Assembly (NCBI RefSeq): GCF_018350175.1
Contig: NC_058368.1
Location: 231,696,001-231,760,000 of the forward strand
Source of the DNA: Felis catus
Lineage: Eukaryota
Length of the DNA: 64,000 nucleotides
Direction of reading: 5' to 3'
Shown: one piece after another, positions 36,983 through 49,774 of the stretch
Numbering within the stretch: the stretch's first letter is position 1
How the letters are laid out: every line of letters starts with the position of its first letter
Notes under the pieces: generated by a model
The model's input: only the letters and a program-made list of their open reading frames with translations
Databases searched by the model: none
What the model was told of the DNA's origin: nothing
Translations under genes and position numbers: made by a program

Positions 36983-37204
36983 GGGGCGCCTGGGTGGCGC
37001 AGTCGGTTAAGCGTCCGACTTCAGCCAGGTCACGATCTCGCGGTCCGTGAGTTCGAGCCCCGCGTCGGGCTCTGGACTGACGGCTCAGAGCCTGGAGCCT
37101 GTTTCCGATTCTGTGTCTCCCTCTCTCTCTGCCCTTCCCCCGTTCATGCTCTGTCTCTCTCTGTCCCAAAAATAAATAAAAACGTTGAGGAAAAAAAAAA
37201 AAAA
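36983..37204 (+). mobile_element. Very young CanSINE (SINEC_Fc)
   Basis: CpG-intact body, long A tail, perfect 18-bp TSD aaactatggctgattctt (36965-36982 / 37205-37222). Confidence 0.98.
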
Positions 37205-38380
37205 AAACTATGGCTGATTCTTGGAGGTGAGGGTTATTGAGTTATAATAGTGACTTTAATTCTAGTGAAATGTATTACTTTCCAAATTGTTGCCGAGCGT
37301 TAACAACTGGCCATGTTATTTGAACTGCTGTGTTAAGAGCGAACGCTCTACACGAACCGGTCTCCAAATGGAGCCAAGCGTTGGCTAACTGCTGACTGCC
37401 TAATAAAACCTTCTTTTCAAAAGGCGATGTAGCTAGCAAACTCAATTTGGGAACAGAAAGCGTCATACCAGAGGTCGTGCCATAATTGGGTAAGAAAAGT
37501 AGTTAAAGAAGAAATATAAGAAATGTACTTGCCTCTTTATTGTGGTTCTGTATTAAAAAAAAAAAAGTTTTGAGGAAGATTTAAAAGTGCCTGTAAAAAG
37601 CCAAATGCCTTAAACAGTCATCCACGATGTATGTATCTGATATTGAGGCATGTTTATTTTTCATTTGGTAGGCTGAGGGCAGACAGCCACCTCTGCTTCT
37701 CTGTAAACCTTCTGTGAGTGCTTTGCTCATTTCCAGAGGGGCCTGCACCCATGGGGGACAGTCCTTGAACGCTTGTCCCGTGGAAGTGGTTGGGGCGGGT
37801 GTGGTGAGCGAGTGGAGAACAGGGTGTGTAGAAACAAGGGGAGAGAAAGGGCTTCTGAATTCATCAAGAGGAGTCCCTACAGGCAGGAGAAATGAATCTT
37901 CCTTCACTATGTTCACAGGTCCTCAGTGAACATCTTTCTTGATAAATAAGGTTTTAACAAACAAGGGAGAAAATCAGGATGAAGGAAAATATAAGAAGGG
38001 GCCAGGATGAGGCTTCTCCACAGGGGGTGAGCTGCAAAGCAAGCCTGTTCCGTGACACTCGGGGAGGAGGACACGTTTGGTGTCCATACAGCATAAACAC
38101 TTAGTCCAGGGAGGCATAGCTCGTTCCGGTACGCAGACCTGAGAGAAAGTCTTCTCATTGTTTCGTGAGGACCGAGCCTTGTGGTGTCAGGAACAGAATC
38201 CACGACAGTTCGACCACAAATTCAGCCAGAAATTACAGAGCACTTTTGTTCCGGATTCGTTACTGGAAGCAGATGGCGTAACACCTCAGAGAGGTTTGGT
38301 GTGAGCATCTTAACAGGCAACTAAGGTATGTGACCAGGATCTTTGATGGTCTGGCTTAATTTAAGAATAAAAATATTTAG

Positions 38381-38595
38381 GAGCGCCTGGGGGGCTCAGT
38401 CAGTTAAGTGCTGACTTCAGCTCGGGTCATGATCTCGCAGTTCCTGAGATAGAGCCCCGTGTTGGGACCTGTGGTACCTGCTCAGAGCCTGGAGCCTGCT
38501 TCGGATTCTGTGTCTCCCTCTCTCTCTGCCCCTCCCCTGCTCACGCTCTGTCTCTCTCATTCTTAAAAATAAATAAACATTAAAAAAATTTTAAT
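38381..38595 (+). mobile_element. CanSINE (SINEC_Fc type)
   Basis: TSD agaataaaaatatttag at 38364-38380 and 38596-38612. Confidence 0.96.
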
Positions 38596-38626
38596 AGAAT
38601 AAAAATATTTAGAACCACTGGGTTTT

Positions 38627-38846
38627 TTTTTTAATTTTTTTTTCAACGTTTATTTATTTTTGGGACAGAGAGAGACAGAGCATGAACGGGGGAGGGGCAG
38701 AGAGAGAGGGAGACACAGAATCGGAAACAGGCTCCAGGCTCTGAGCCATCAACCCAGAGCCCGACGCGGGGCTCGAACCCACGGACCCTGAGATCGTGAC
38801 CTGGCTGAAGTCGGACGCTTAACCGACTGCGCCACCCAGGCGCCTC
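38627..38846 (-). mobile_element. Very young CanSINE (SINEC_Fc)
   Basis: Perfect TSD tagaaccactgggtttt at 38610-38626 and 38847-38863. Confidence 0.98.
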
Positions 38847-39826
38847 TAGAACCACTGGGTTTTACAAGAATGGACTTCCATTGGGGGGAATTGTCTGTGA
38901 ACTCTATAAAATGGTATGCCAAAATGTGCCTGTGTCATGCATCATCGAGGACCCATAACTTCATCGAGCTCAGTATGTGACTCCAGTTTTGAAGAACCAT
39001 CAATCTGGAAGAAGGGTGGTGTGCTGCTCCCAGGCAGTCCTATGTACGTACTTTCCCTCTGAGTTGACCTGTTGTTCACCCATAGCCGGTAGTAGTTTCC
39101 AGGGGTGCTCTGACAGGCACTAGACACACATGCTCCGTGGCAGCAGCAGAAGAAGAAACACAAGCTTTGCTTATCACCAAAGCGGGGCTTAGTGGGACAT
39201 GTAAATGAAGGGGCCACACAGACCAGCCCAGAGCCAAGGCCACGGTTCCCCTTCACGAGAATAACCGAGAACAGAGCCCAGACTTGCCGAGAATGGATCC
39301 CCTGAACGAAACCACAAAGAAAAGAGGGGCTGCGGGGTCATTGGAATCCAGGGTGGGGTTGGAGGGAGGCTGCACCTCGCCCCTGTCTGTCCCCCTGGAA
39401 AGCATCATCTGATCTGCCTCGACCTGGTTCTCAGCTTCCTTATTTAAGGGATGGAGACTCTACAGACATTTAAGTTTAAATTGAGTCAGTTCTTACTCAC
39501 TGGATCAGAAACTAAGACTCAGATAAAGCACCACACACCCCATCCCGTTTCACCGCGTGACATTTTAACATGTCACCTGTCCTAGCTGTTCGTCCCCCAG
39601 ATCGCTGGCCCAGCCCAGTCATCTCCAGCACTGGCTCCCACTCTACCTCCTCAGGAGCCATGCCAGTGTCACAAGCCCGATTCTCCTGCCATAATTACCC
39701 CTGTCCTACGACATAAACTGAAGGCACACGTTCACCCCTCTGGAATCTTCCAAGATGCTCGGAGGTAGCAAGCACTCTACAGTTAGGGTGAGTGGCCCAG
39801 GCAAGCCTCGCTCAAGTCCAGGAGCA

Positions 39827-40246
39827 TGCATCCGTTTCCAGTGGCTGTTGGAACCACACCGGGGTGGCTTACAGCGACAGAAATGTATTCTCTCACAACT
39901 CTGGAGACCAGAAGTCTGATGCAAGGTGTCAGTATGGCCACACTCCCTCCAAAGTCTCTAGTGGAGAATCCTTCCTGGCCTCTTCCAGATTTGGTGGCCC
40001 CAGGCGATCCTTCACGTGGCCTTTCTCCTCGGCCTCTTGCGTATCTGTCTCCCTTTGTGTCTTATACAGACACTGTGACGGGATCTGGGGGCCACCAACA
40101 TCTTCCAGGATGATCTCTTCTTGAGATCTTTAGCTTCATTACATCTGCAAAGACCCCGTTTTCCAAACGAGGTCACACTCCCAGGCCCCAGAGACTAGGA
40201 TGTGGCTGTGTCTTTCGCGGGGGGGGCCATCACTCAACTCTCTGCT
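39827..40246 (-). mobile_element. MaLR solo LTR (MLT1C-like)
   Basis: cagaaatgtattctctcacaactctggagaccagaagtctg...ccaggatgatctc...attacatctgcaaagaccc. Confidence 0.85.
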
Positions 40247-40823
40247 GTGCACCAACCCCCACAGGACTGGGTTATCTGCCTGGGTCGCACATCCTTCTTT
40301 AAACAGTGAGCTGCGGTGCTAGAGGGAGGGGCTTTGGCCTGGGTTTGGATGATACGGATTCAGACGCGTACTAGAGTGGGTGGTGAGAAGAGTCATTTGT
40401 TTTTCGTGACTTCCCTCCCAACCCTTGTTTGTTGGAAAAGGATGGGCTGCTCCAGGGGATGAACCCGGGATGACGGGGGCAAAGGCATTGGAAGCGAAGT
40501 AAATTGTAACTTATTCCATGCCGTTGACAACCTCAGCAGATGTCTCTGCCTGATTTATCTCTCTGTCTCCAATTCACAATTCAAAAGTAGAGGGCTGGTC
40601 AAGGGATGCATGGCAACACTTGTGACTGAAGATGAAGACAGACATTTTTTCCCCTGACAGAAATAAAGGCTGTCTTCCTTGGATTGACGAGAAATCATTT
40701 CGATGACTAGATAATACAAAGACTATTTCTACAAACTGAGTTACATCTTTAATTTTAGTGAGAATATATTTACAGCATCTGAGAAGACCTAAGCATTTGA
40801 GGTCCACCACATTGTGTATATCC

Positions 40824-40910
40824 AAGGGCTGCCATTTATATTAGAGTTTCTGCTAATGTCACCCCCTTAAATTGCACAGTGCACAACCTGTGCAATCATA
40901 TACCTAGATC
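40824..40910. mobile_element. MER91-like hAT-Tip100 MITE remnant
   Basis: agggctgccat...ttgcacagtgcacaacctgtgcaa resembles MER91 termini. Confidence 0.4.
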
Positions 40911-41105
40911 TAGACATTTTATTTTAAAACTATTAAACTACAATATAACTCACAAAATCTTATTTTCCCAAATGTTTATTAGTATATCAAATAAAACAAA
41001 GTGCTTCCATGGGGAAGTCATATTTTAATTCTTAGTAAAAAATGTTTAGAGTATATATTCCAGAAATTACAAAAATGTTTTTAATAATGGTAACACATTC
41101 TTTTT

Positions 41106-41327
41106 TTTTTTTTAATTTTTTTTCAACGTTTATTTATTTTGGGGACAGAGAGAGACAGAGCATGAACGGGTGAGGGGCAGAGAGAGAGGGAGACACAGAA
41201 TCGGAAACAGGCTCCAGGCTCTGAGCCATCAGCCCAGAGCCCGACGCGGGGCTCGAACTCACGGACCGCGAGATCGTGACCTGAGCTGAAGTGGGACGCT
41301 TAACCGACTGCGCCACCCAGGCACCCC
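41106..41327 (-). mobile_element. Young CanSINE (SINEC_Fc)
   Basis: Perfect TSD ggtaacacattcttttt at 41089-41105 and 41328-41344. Confidence 0.98.
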
Positions 41328-41850
41328 GGTAACACATTCTTTTACCAGTTAGATGGATTCTATTTTTTTGCCTTTTGCAAAGTTAAAGAAAGTCTAATCA
41401 TGTTTTTAAGTCACTAAAAATAATTTCGATGTTATATTACTATATAACTTTGATCACATAATTTAGACAAATTTTGATGAATTGAGTGAAAGCGTTTTAA
41501 CAAAACTCCTATTCCCATTTATTTATTTGTACAAAGATAGTTTTCAACATTTAACACGACTCCTAGCTCATTCTTGTAAGCTTGAAGATTACTTCTTTAA
41601 AGGACATGTGAAAATAAAAAGGCTCATTCAGCTCATTAATAAATTAGTAATAATATTTTGGTTTTGTTGAAAAACATCAAAATTTGTATCATGTTGCTTT
41701 TATCAGCTATTTATTGTGACCATGAAATTGTAATAACTTTGCTAGAAGAAATGTGTAATATTTAGAAACTTAGAAGAAATTTTCAAACAATACTATATAT
41801 ATAATATTACGCATTATAATTATATACATATATACACACATTTTTCAGTG

Positions 41851-41958
41851 TACATTGGAAATACATCTAAGTCACTCATCGTACTTGTTGAAAATGCAAA
41901 TCTCAACCTTGACTTCCCAGATCTATTTAAAACTCTGAGGGATAGCTGGGAGTCTCTC
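41851..41958 (+). mobile_element. MER5-like MITE remnant (copy 1 of a local pair)
   Basis: cttgttgaaaatgcaaatctc...ccagatctatttaaaactctgaggg resembles MER5; closely similar to 43097-43209. Confidence 0.5.
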
Positions 41959-42026
41959 TCTCTGTCTCTCCCTCTCTCTCTCTTTCTCCCATTCTCTCTC
42001 TCTCTCTCTCTCTCTCGTTCTCTCTC
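41953..42026. repeat. Imperfect (CT)n microsatellite
   Basis: Directly visible. Confidence 0.9.
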
Positions 42027-42227
42027 ATAACCAAAAAAAGATTCTCAAGCCAAAAAAATGAATTACATTACGATAAAAGAAGTATTACATTATGTTAAAA
42101 ACAAAAACTGTGAGAGGAAAGCCCAAGAAGCAAAAAGAATGAAATAAATGTTCCAGCTGTGGAAAAAAAAAAGCTTATATATATATATAAATTTAAATAG
42201 ATTATGGTAGATGTTAACTCCCTGTGG

Positions 42228-42397
42228 CAATAGTTTTCAATCTTGAAACCACATCCGAATCATATGGATGGCTTATGGAACTCTGAAAGAGTTTTGAATT
42301 CAGCAGGTCTGGGTAGAACCGGCAAATTTGCATTTCCATCGTGTCTGGGTAATTCTGATGCTGCTGGTCTGGGGGTCTCGGCTGGGGAAGGACTGCT
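42228..42397. mobile_element. MER5A MITE
   Basis: attcagcaggtctgggt...aatttgcatttcc...ctgatgctgctggtctgggg. Confidence 0.7.
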
Positions 42398-43096
42398 CAG
42401 GCATTTGGAGCCCACTGGATATCTTTACAGGAGTGATTAGCTGGGTACATGGAAAAGAGCATTAAAGGTCACAGGATAAACGGATAGATGGTAGATAGAC
42501 AAGAGACAGAGAGAGAGAGAGAATAGCCAGGCCAGAGCAGAGCCATAGAGTTGATAAAAGTCAATTAATGGGCAAGAATCAAAGTCGTCTATTCAGAGAA
42601 GTCCCGGAACCACTGCTCGGGGCTCCTTTGTTAGATCAAGCTTTCAAGGGTCCTGTGTTAGCAGAGGCAGGTGGTGCTGATGCGCTGATGGTCAGGGCCC
42701 TGTTTGCTGAGCACTTTTTCCCAGTGCCCAGTTCAAACCATTTGTGTCCAATACCAAAGCAACCAGTCCCCAGACACGAAGCCACTGACGTGGGAGAGGC
42801 CGCAACTTCTTCGTGCTTGCCCCGATTTGCTTTGCTACAACCACGGTCTTTGCAAAGGGGATGATGCAAATGGGCTTCGGGAACTGGATGGAAGGAGGAC
42901 CCAGGCAGCATCCACTAGGCAAGGATCTTTACATTCCCAAACTCCATGGCGGTTCATGTTTTCCCCATCATAACGATGCGGACACAAAGCCATCCAGAAC
43001 CCTGGGGACTCACTGTTGCTCACAGGAGTGTGGGGAGGTGGACATCTATTTGACACCAGTGTCCATCAGTCTTTCCTCTGTCTGCCTTCCTCAACA

Positions 43097-43270
43097 TACA
43101 TTGGAAATACCTGAATCTAACCCACCGATGGTACTTGTCAAAAATGCAAATCCCAACCTTGTTCCAGATCTATTTAATCAGAATCTCTGAGGGATAATTG
43201 AGAATCTCTATTTATATCAACAAGCCCAACAAGTGACTCTTATATTCAGTAGACTTCAAGAATTCCTCTG
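43097..43270 (+). mobile_element. MER5-like MITE remnant (copy 2)
   Basis: cttgtcaaaaatgcaaatccc...ccagatctatttaatcagaatctctgaggg...aacaagcccaacaagtgactcttat. Confidence 0.55.
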
Positions 43271-44641
43271 TTTCTGAAAAAAAAATTATTTTCCTATAAC
43301 CACAGAGGTCTTCATCTAACCTGCTGAAGGGACCAGTCAACTCTGTGCCTGTGGCAGGAATTTCGAGGCTCCATAAAGGTCACCCCATCAGTGGTTTAAA
43401 GGGTCCCTAGATTTCTACTGGTTGCTAATTAATATCACTTAACATAGTTATCTTGCCATAGAATCAAAACTTCCATCTTTATTCCAAGGTTTCTGGTACT
43501 GAAATCTCCTAGGCATAGAATACCTAATTTGCCACCTTACAGTCTTCGGTACTTTTCTCCTCTATGCAAGAGTCCATTCTATTAAGTCAGTGGCTCCAGG
43601 GATCTTCCCATGGTGCCTCTTCTTGGATTGGACCCTTGGCACGTGCAGCCCCAAGTTACCCATGAAGTTACCGTGGATTCCCGTTGATAGAAGGACTCCC
43701 GCTTTCTATTCATTAACAACTCACTCAATGAGAGCTATACAAAGCAAACCCTAATTAAAGATCTGCTTCGGGCAGGACATCCCTGAAGGCACCACAGAAA
43801 GCTGTGAAGAGGGAGATGACAATCTCCACCTTCTTGAAGCTTGAGAGAAAGTCCGTGGATGAAGCTGAGGACGCTGGAGAACTTATTGCCATCAGAGAAG
43901 CATGTCCGTCTTGTTCTGTGCATGGCCCTTCAAGATGCCTGGGGAACAGGTGCAGGTGTCTTTGACTCTTCGGTGGGCAGAAGGAATAGAACGACAGAGA
44001 GTAAAAAGAAAAGGCCAGTGGATGCTTAAATCTTCATCTGAGCACACAGCATGCTTTGCCTGGCCCTTCTATTCACCACGACCATCAATCAGGCTTACTG
44101 ACCATGGGGTTGCTCATGGGGCTGGTTCACTCACAGGGGGATCACGGGATAAAATTGCATTGTAAACACCAGCAGTACCTAAAAGTCTAAAACATCTCCC
44201 AAGCAGGGTGAAAGCATCATGTTCCCCTTTTCACTGGCAGCTTTTGTTATATCTGGCAATAATTTAGCAGAAGTAATAAAGTCATGGGTAGAATTTAGGG
44301 GAACCAGTCGATATTTATGTTTTTAAGGCTCATTTTTAGTGATGGACTGTTACTATAACGTGTTAGCTTCAGAGAGATGATTGGACAAGTTTCATTTGTT
44401 CTGTGGTTCCTGTGTAAAATATATCATATGTTAATGACTCTTAATTAGAATATATCACATATTAGGATCTACACTTGAATTATGTAGTAATAACTCAAGC
44501 TATCTCTCTGTCATCTATCAAAATAATCACAATTTTTAATTTTAAGTGAATATTTCACATGTGTTTAAAACTCATGCAAAAGTAACTAGATGTTTTGAAA
44601 ATAACAACATATGTTATTTTACTTTTAAAGTAATACCTATT

Positions 44642-44793
44642 GGGGTGCCTGGGTAGCTCAGCCAGTTAAATGTCCAACGCTTGATTTTGGCTCAGGTCAT
44701 GATTTCATGGTTGTGAATTCAAGCCCCGCTTTGAGCTCTGTGTTGAGTGTGGAGTCTGCTTGGGACCCTCTCTGCCCCTCCCCGACTTGCCTG

Positions 44794-44828
<35 letters not shown>

Positions 44829-44845
44829 AAATAAATAAAACCTTT
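44642..44845 (+). mobile_element. CanSINE (older)
   Basis: GGGGTGCCTGGGTAGCTCAGCCAGTTAA head, (CT)n, AATAAATAAAA tail. Confidence 0.94.
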
Positions 44846-45012
44846 AAAGTAAGACATGTTAATTTGAAGGGGACTATAGTATAATAACAAACACAAGAAA
44901 ACACATAGGAGGAAATAAAGATAATCCACAAGTATTATTTCTAAGATATAGTTACTATTAATATTTAGAGTCATATTTACAGTAATCAGTATTTTAAAAT
45001 AAAATTGGGACT

Positions 45013-45236
45013 GGGGCGCCTGGGTGGCTCCGTCGGTTAAGCGTCTGACTTCAGCTCAGGTCATGATCTCATGGTATGTGAGTTCGAGCCCCACGTCAGG
45101 CTCTGTGATGATAACTCAGAGCCTGGAGTCTGCTTCGGATTCTGTGTCTCCTCTCTCTCGGCCCCTCCCTTGCTTGTGCTCTGTCTCCCTCTGTCTCTCA
45201 AAAATAAATAAATAAATGTAAATTAAAAAAAATTTT
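45013..45236 (+). mobile_element. CanSINE (SINEC_Fc type)
   Basis: TSD aataaaattggga[c/t]t at 44998-45012 and 45237-45251. Confidence 0.96.
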
Positions 45237-45322
45237 AATAAAATTGGGATTATTTGATATATACCATTTTTTAAAAAATTAACACTCTAACTCTAACTAA
45301 TTAAGTTCTGAAAAATCTAACA

Positions 45323-45552
45323 CACAGCAGTCAGCACTTCTGTATTATAAACTTCAAAGTTGCTAAGAGACTAGCTCTAATTGTTCCCAGCACAAAAAAG
45401 AAATAAGAACGTGACATGATACAGGTGTTATTTAACAATACATTGGTAATTATATTACAATATATAAATCTATAAATCAATACCATTTTATACCTTAAAT
45501 GTATGTAATGTTACATGCCAATTATATCGCAATAAAAATACATTTTAATTTT
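45323..45552 (+). mobile_element. Short LINE-1 3'-terminal insertion (L1_Carn/L1MA9-like)
   Basis: aaagttgctaagaga...taccttaaatgtatgtaatgttacatgccaattatatcgcaataaa; possible TSD aaaa[t/g]ctaaca on both sides. Confidence 0.8.
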
Positions 45553-47510
45553 AAAAGCTAACATTTCATTAGGAGAATTCCTCCATAGTATTAAGGTTTT
45601 GAAAAGCAAATTTTAGCAAGCATGTCGTTTCTATTCCATGGATAAAATATAATTTGTCCATTTCCTCCTATGTTGGACCCTTTCTTTTGATTTATTTTCT
45701 CCCCTCAATTTTCTTCTTTTTTCTTTCTTCTCTCTCTCTCTCTGTCTCTCTCTCTCTCTCCCTCGTTCTGGTAAATAAAGCTACACTGAACATCAGATTA
45801 CAGGCCTTGTGTGTGATTAATTACATGACAAAGAATGTCCCAAGGAATTTCTCGGAATTAATGGTCACTAGGAAAGAGTTCACCCTGGGCCGGACCTCCC
45901 ATCTGGTGACCAAGTCTCTGGAAAATGCCGAAGGATAACATCCTTCCTGCTAGATCAACATTTTTTTTTCGTTCCTCAAGAATAATATATTTTTCAAAGT
46001 TAGATTTTCCCAGGGGCAACAGCTTTGTCATGTTGATGACACTCTGGCATTTAGGACAGTTAGCTGTTTTTGAGATGCTAATAAATAAATCTAAGGATTG
46101 AAGACCTTACAAAATAGATTTATTCAACTGTAGTTTAAAAGACACAAATGGTTTTATCTGCCTTTGCTTACATTACTTAACAATATTTAATTGTGTACAT
46201 AACACGATGCACTATGTTTTTTTTGTAAAAATAATTTTAGAAATAACTAGGCTTCTTCCTTGGCACTGTGGAGTATGAATTATACGGGAATATGTCATTT
46301 TATCAACAGCCATCAGCTCTGGCTGGGTAGTTTCCACAGGCACTACACAAAGTCCTCAAGATCAGTCGTTAATGTGTAACCACATCACGAATCCAAGAGG
46401 ACTTTGACACGATTATTAAATATGTAAATCATCACTGTGGGCTGGTGATTCTAGGGTACTTGCATCCAAAGGATGTTTTGTCCAATTTTACTGTTATAAA
46501 TACATTTATGATACACTACAATACATTATAATGCGTTATTGTGCTACATATTATTATGTGTGTAACTATATTATAAATACTGTATATATAAATATAAATT
46601 ATTGCATCTATAGCTCTCCAAAAGTGTTCTCCCAAGACATATGATCGTCTAGATGGGATGTTTTCTATGCTTCTGCAGTGTTGTATAATGTGGCCAATTA
46701 ATCCACTTCAAAGAGCAAACGTCCACTCTTTTCTCTGAGGAGAACTGGGCTGGAACCAGGACCTGCAAAGCCTGTTCTGAACTACACAAAGCCTCTGTCC
46801 TCCGGGGTCTAGACTGCAATAGACAAGGATGGAGGGAAATGATGTGCCAATACCTCGGACTCACTCAGTCCAAACCTGAACTTATTCCGGGCTTTGCCCA
46901 GACGTGCTCTCCTCCTCTAATCCCCACTTCAGTTTTTAGCACCACCCTTCCCCTATTCTTCCATTTTTATAACAAAATGTGCACCCGCTTGGCTAGATGC
47001 TGGCAACATGACAGTAAAGGACACAGACCTTGAGCAGACGTTCGGAAAGATGACAGTGGCGATGGAGTCTGCTGAGGCAGATGCGCACAGCTGTGTGCAG
47101 GAGAGGGGGGTGAGAGACGGAGGGTCCAGCTCTGGGATGTTAGGTAGTTTTCATTTTGTGCGCAAACTCCAATCAATTAACTGTGGCTGCCCGGAGCTCT
47201 GGGTTGAGAAGGCTACATCTCGGGGGGAGGCAAAAGATTGCTGTGATCAATTAGTAATGTCTGCCACAGGCAGTAGCTAAAGGTACACAGTCATGAATGC
47301 TAAGCATTTACACCCTATATTGCTAGCACAGGTTTCTTTCTTAAAGAACCCAAGGAAACCATCCCTGGATGCCTCCTGAACATCGGACTGCTGCCAGGCT
47401 TGCGTTAAAAGCCACCTGTGTTTCACTCAGGAAGGTTCTGCTCCCCTTGGGTTATTATATCAACAAACTTTCCAAAATTGTGGCTGTTCATAAACTATGC
47501 TGTATCTTTT

Positions 47511-47713
47511 TTTTTTTTAACGTTTGTTCATTTTTGAGAGACAGAATGTGAGTGGGGGAGGGGCAGAGAGAGAGGGAGACACAGAATCCGACGCAGGCTC
47601 CAGGCTCTGAGCTGTCAGCACAGAGCCCGACGTGGGGCTTGAACCCACGAACCGTGAGATCATGACCTGAGCTGAAGTTGGATGCTTAACCGACTGAGCC
47701 ACCCGGGGGCCCC
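47511..47713 (-). mobile_element. CanSINE (SINEC_Fc type)
   Basis: Reverse SINE; degenerate TSD tatgctgtatcttttt / tagtctgtgtcttttt. Confidence 0.95.
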
Positions 47714-49049
47714 TAGTCTGTGTCTTTTTTAAATGCATGTGATCACTGAGTATCATCACCTTAATTTCTTAGGATAATATACACATGGGTCTTAAATCGT
47801 ATGTGTTAAATGGATTTCCAAGAGACTCGGTGACTTGTAGAGAGTGGCATTCTGTCTGATTAAGGATTATAATGACATGAGTTAATGATATGAATTGTTA
47901 TGATTTATTATTATGTTATATACATTATACATGTATATTTTTAATAATATGTATGATACTATAACACATATGGCCCAAGATTTGGGAGAAAAACAAATTT
48001 TGTTCATTCAGTGGTAAGAAGTAATACTTGAAAAAATAAGTAATACTTCAAATGATGTGGATTTGAGTTCTGGTAGTTTTGTGTGAGTCTACATTAAAGG
48101 GTCTTTTCATGTTCCTGGTCCCCTCAAAGTCCCACTTATTATTTCTGGTCTCTTAGAGTTCATCCTTATTAAATGGATTAAAGGTGCCATTATATCTCAT
48201 TTTATGTCATTTCCTGGTCAACAGAGGCAGAGATGTTGGAAAGCAAGCCCATAGAAGAGCTGAAACAATGACAGTCCCCATACCATTCAGTATGGTCTGG
48301 TCCGATGGCTGATTGGGGCTGGAGGCCGAGCTGGGCATTTTAGACCACGCCTAGCTCCCCTGGAAACCACGGGAGATGGGTCAGATCGAGTTTGGTTCAG
48401 TGGGGCAGGTCTGAGGGTCTCATCCCAAAGTAGGTAAGGTTCAGCCAAGTCAAGCCCTGTCTTCAGTATCCGACCTCTTTGCCTGAGATTTTAGTGCTTT
48501 GAGATCACAGTTCAAGTATTGTATTGCTCTTTTCTCCCTTAGTTCCTGTTCCTTTCCCCCCCCCCCCTGAATTTTCTGCTATCAGTGGAGGAATTCGTCA
48601 TTTTATCAGGGTAACCTACTACTCATGCACCACAGGAAGGATGGAGGAGGGCTGCCTGAGAATTTGGGAGCAGACCCTGAGCAAATTGATGGTGCACCTC
48701 TGTATCTGCTCTCTTTGGACTCTGCCTAGAGAGAGCACCACACAGGTCTGTTCTTCCTCCATGACTTAAGTTTTACGAGAGCAGACTCCCACTCCCCAAA
48801 GGGAAGCCTCGATAAGCTTTATGTCTGCCCAATTCTGGGCAAAGTATAAAGCAGCTGTTTAGCTTTACAGCAAAGCCATGCTCTCCCAAATCAGCTTTAT
48901 CAGCAATAAATGGGATGCTTTGTACATCATCTGCCTGACCATTGCCTGTCTCTCGGTTATTTCTGAATTCTGGCAAGGAAAAATGGAGTGTTAGGTATTA
49001 GCCTATAAAATTTATATAACTTCCCAGCACAGCCTCTCATTTCGTGAGT

Positions 49050-49770
49050 CCATTCAGTCTTGTTCCCATGAATGTCCCAGATACTGTGAAAAGATTGCAG
49101 ATAAAGGAAAAAAAAAACAAACAAACAACGTGGTCCCTGTGTTCAGTGACTTCATAACTTGGCAAGGACACAGACAATTAAAAAATATCAGAGAACTACA
49201 TGCTAAGGGCTTGGGGAGAACTAAATCCCGGTGCTCAAACATTTCCAAATGTAATATGGCTACAAATCAACTGGATACCTTGTTAAAATGCAGATTCTGA
49301 CCCTGCAGGTTTGAGTGAGGTGAGGGTCTGCATTTCTAATGAGCTCCCAGGCGACACCTATGCCCTTGGTCCCTGGACCACACTGAGTCGCTGGGGGCAA
49401 AGCAATGGACTAGACTGTATGCACTTGCAGGCCGCCATATTGCATAGAAAAGAGGCTCCCGGTCAGTCTACTTTGGAAAGGCCGGGGAAGACTTCTCTGT
49501 GGAGGGGACAACTGAGTTGAATCTTCAGAGACGAGCCATTTGTAAGAAAGATCCGAGGTAATGGAATGTCGAAAGGTGAAGAATTCCGGACAGGCATGAC
49601 GCTTTGTTGTAACTGTTTGAGGAGCCATGAGAAGCCCCCACAAGCATGAAATGGAGCAGGAGTTGGACGGAGAAGAAAATAAGAACTGGTATTCAGTGCT
49701 AAGGGTGGAGTTTTGATTTTATCCTGTCAGTAACTGGGACCATTTAAGACCTGAAAGGGAATTTTCAGCA
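49050..49770 (-). mobile_element. L2 3' remnant interrupted by MER5
   Basis: gtggtccctgtgttcagtgacttcata, ggggaagacttctctgtggaggggacaactgagttgaatctt, ggagttttgattttatcctg. Confidence 0.55.
49228..49398. mobile_element. MER5A1-like MITE
   Basis: cttgttaaaatgcagattctga...ctgcatttctaatgagctcccaggcga...ggaccacactgagt. Confidence 0.75.
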
Positions 49771-49774
49771 TCTA

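Noticed and set aside
42568..43190. Cluster of overlapping ORFs on both strands
   Set aside because: Expected in a GC-richer patch with few stop codons; no known domain, and the last ORF runs into a MER5-like repeat.
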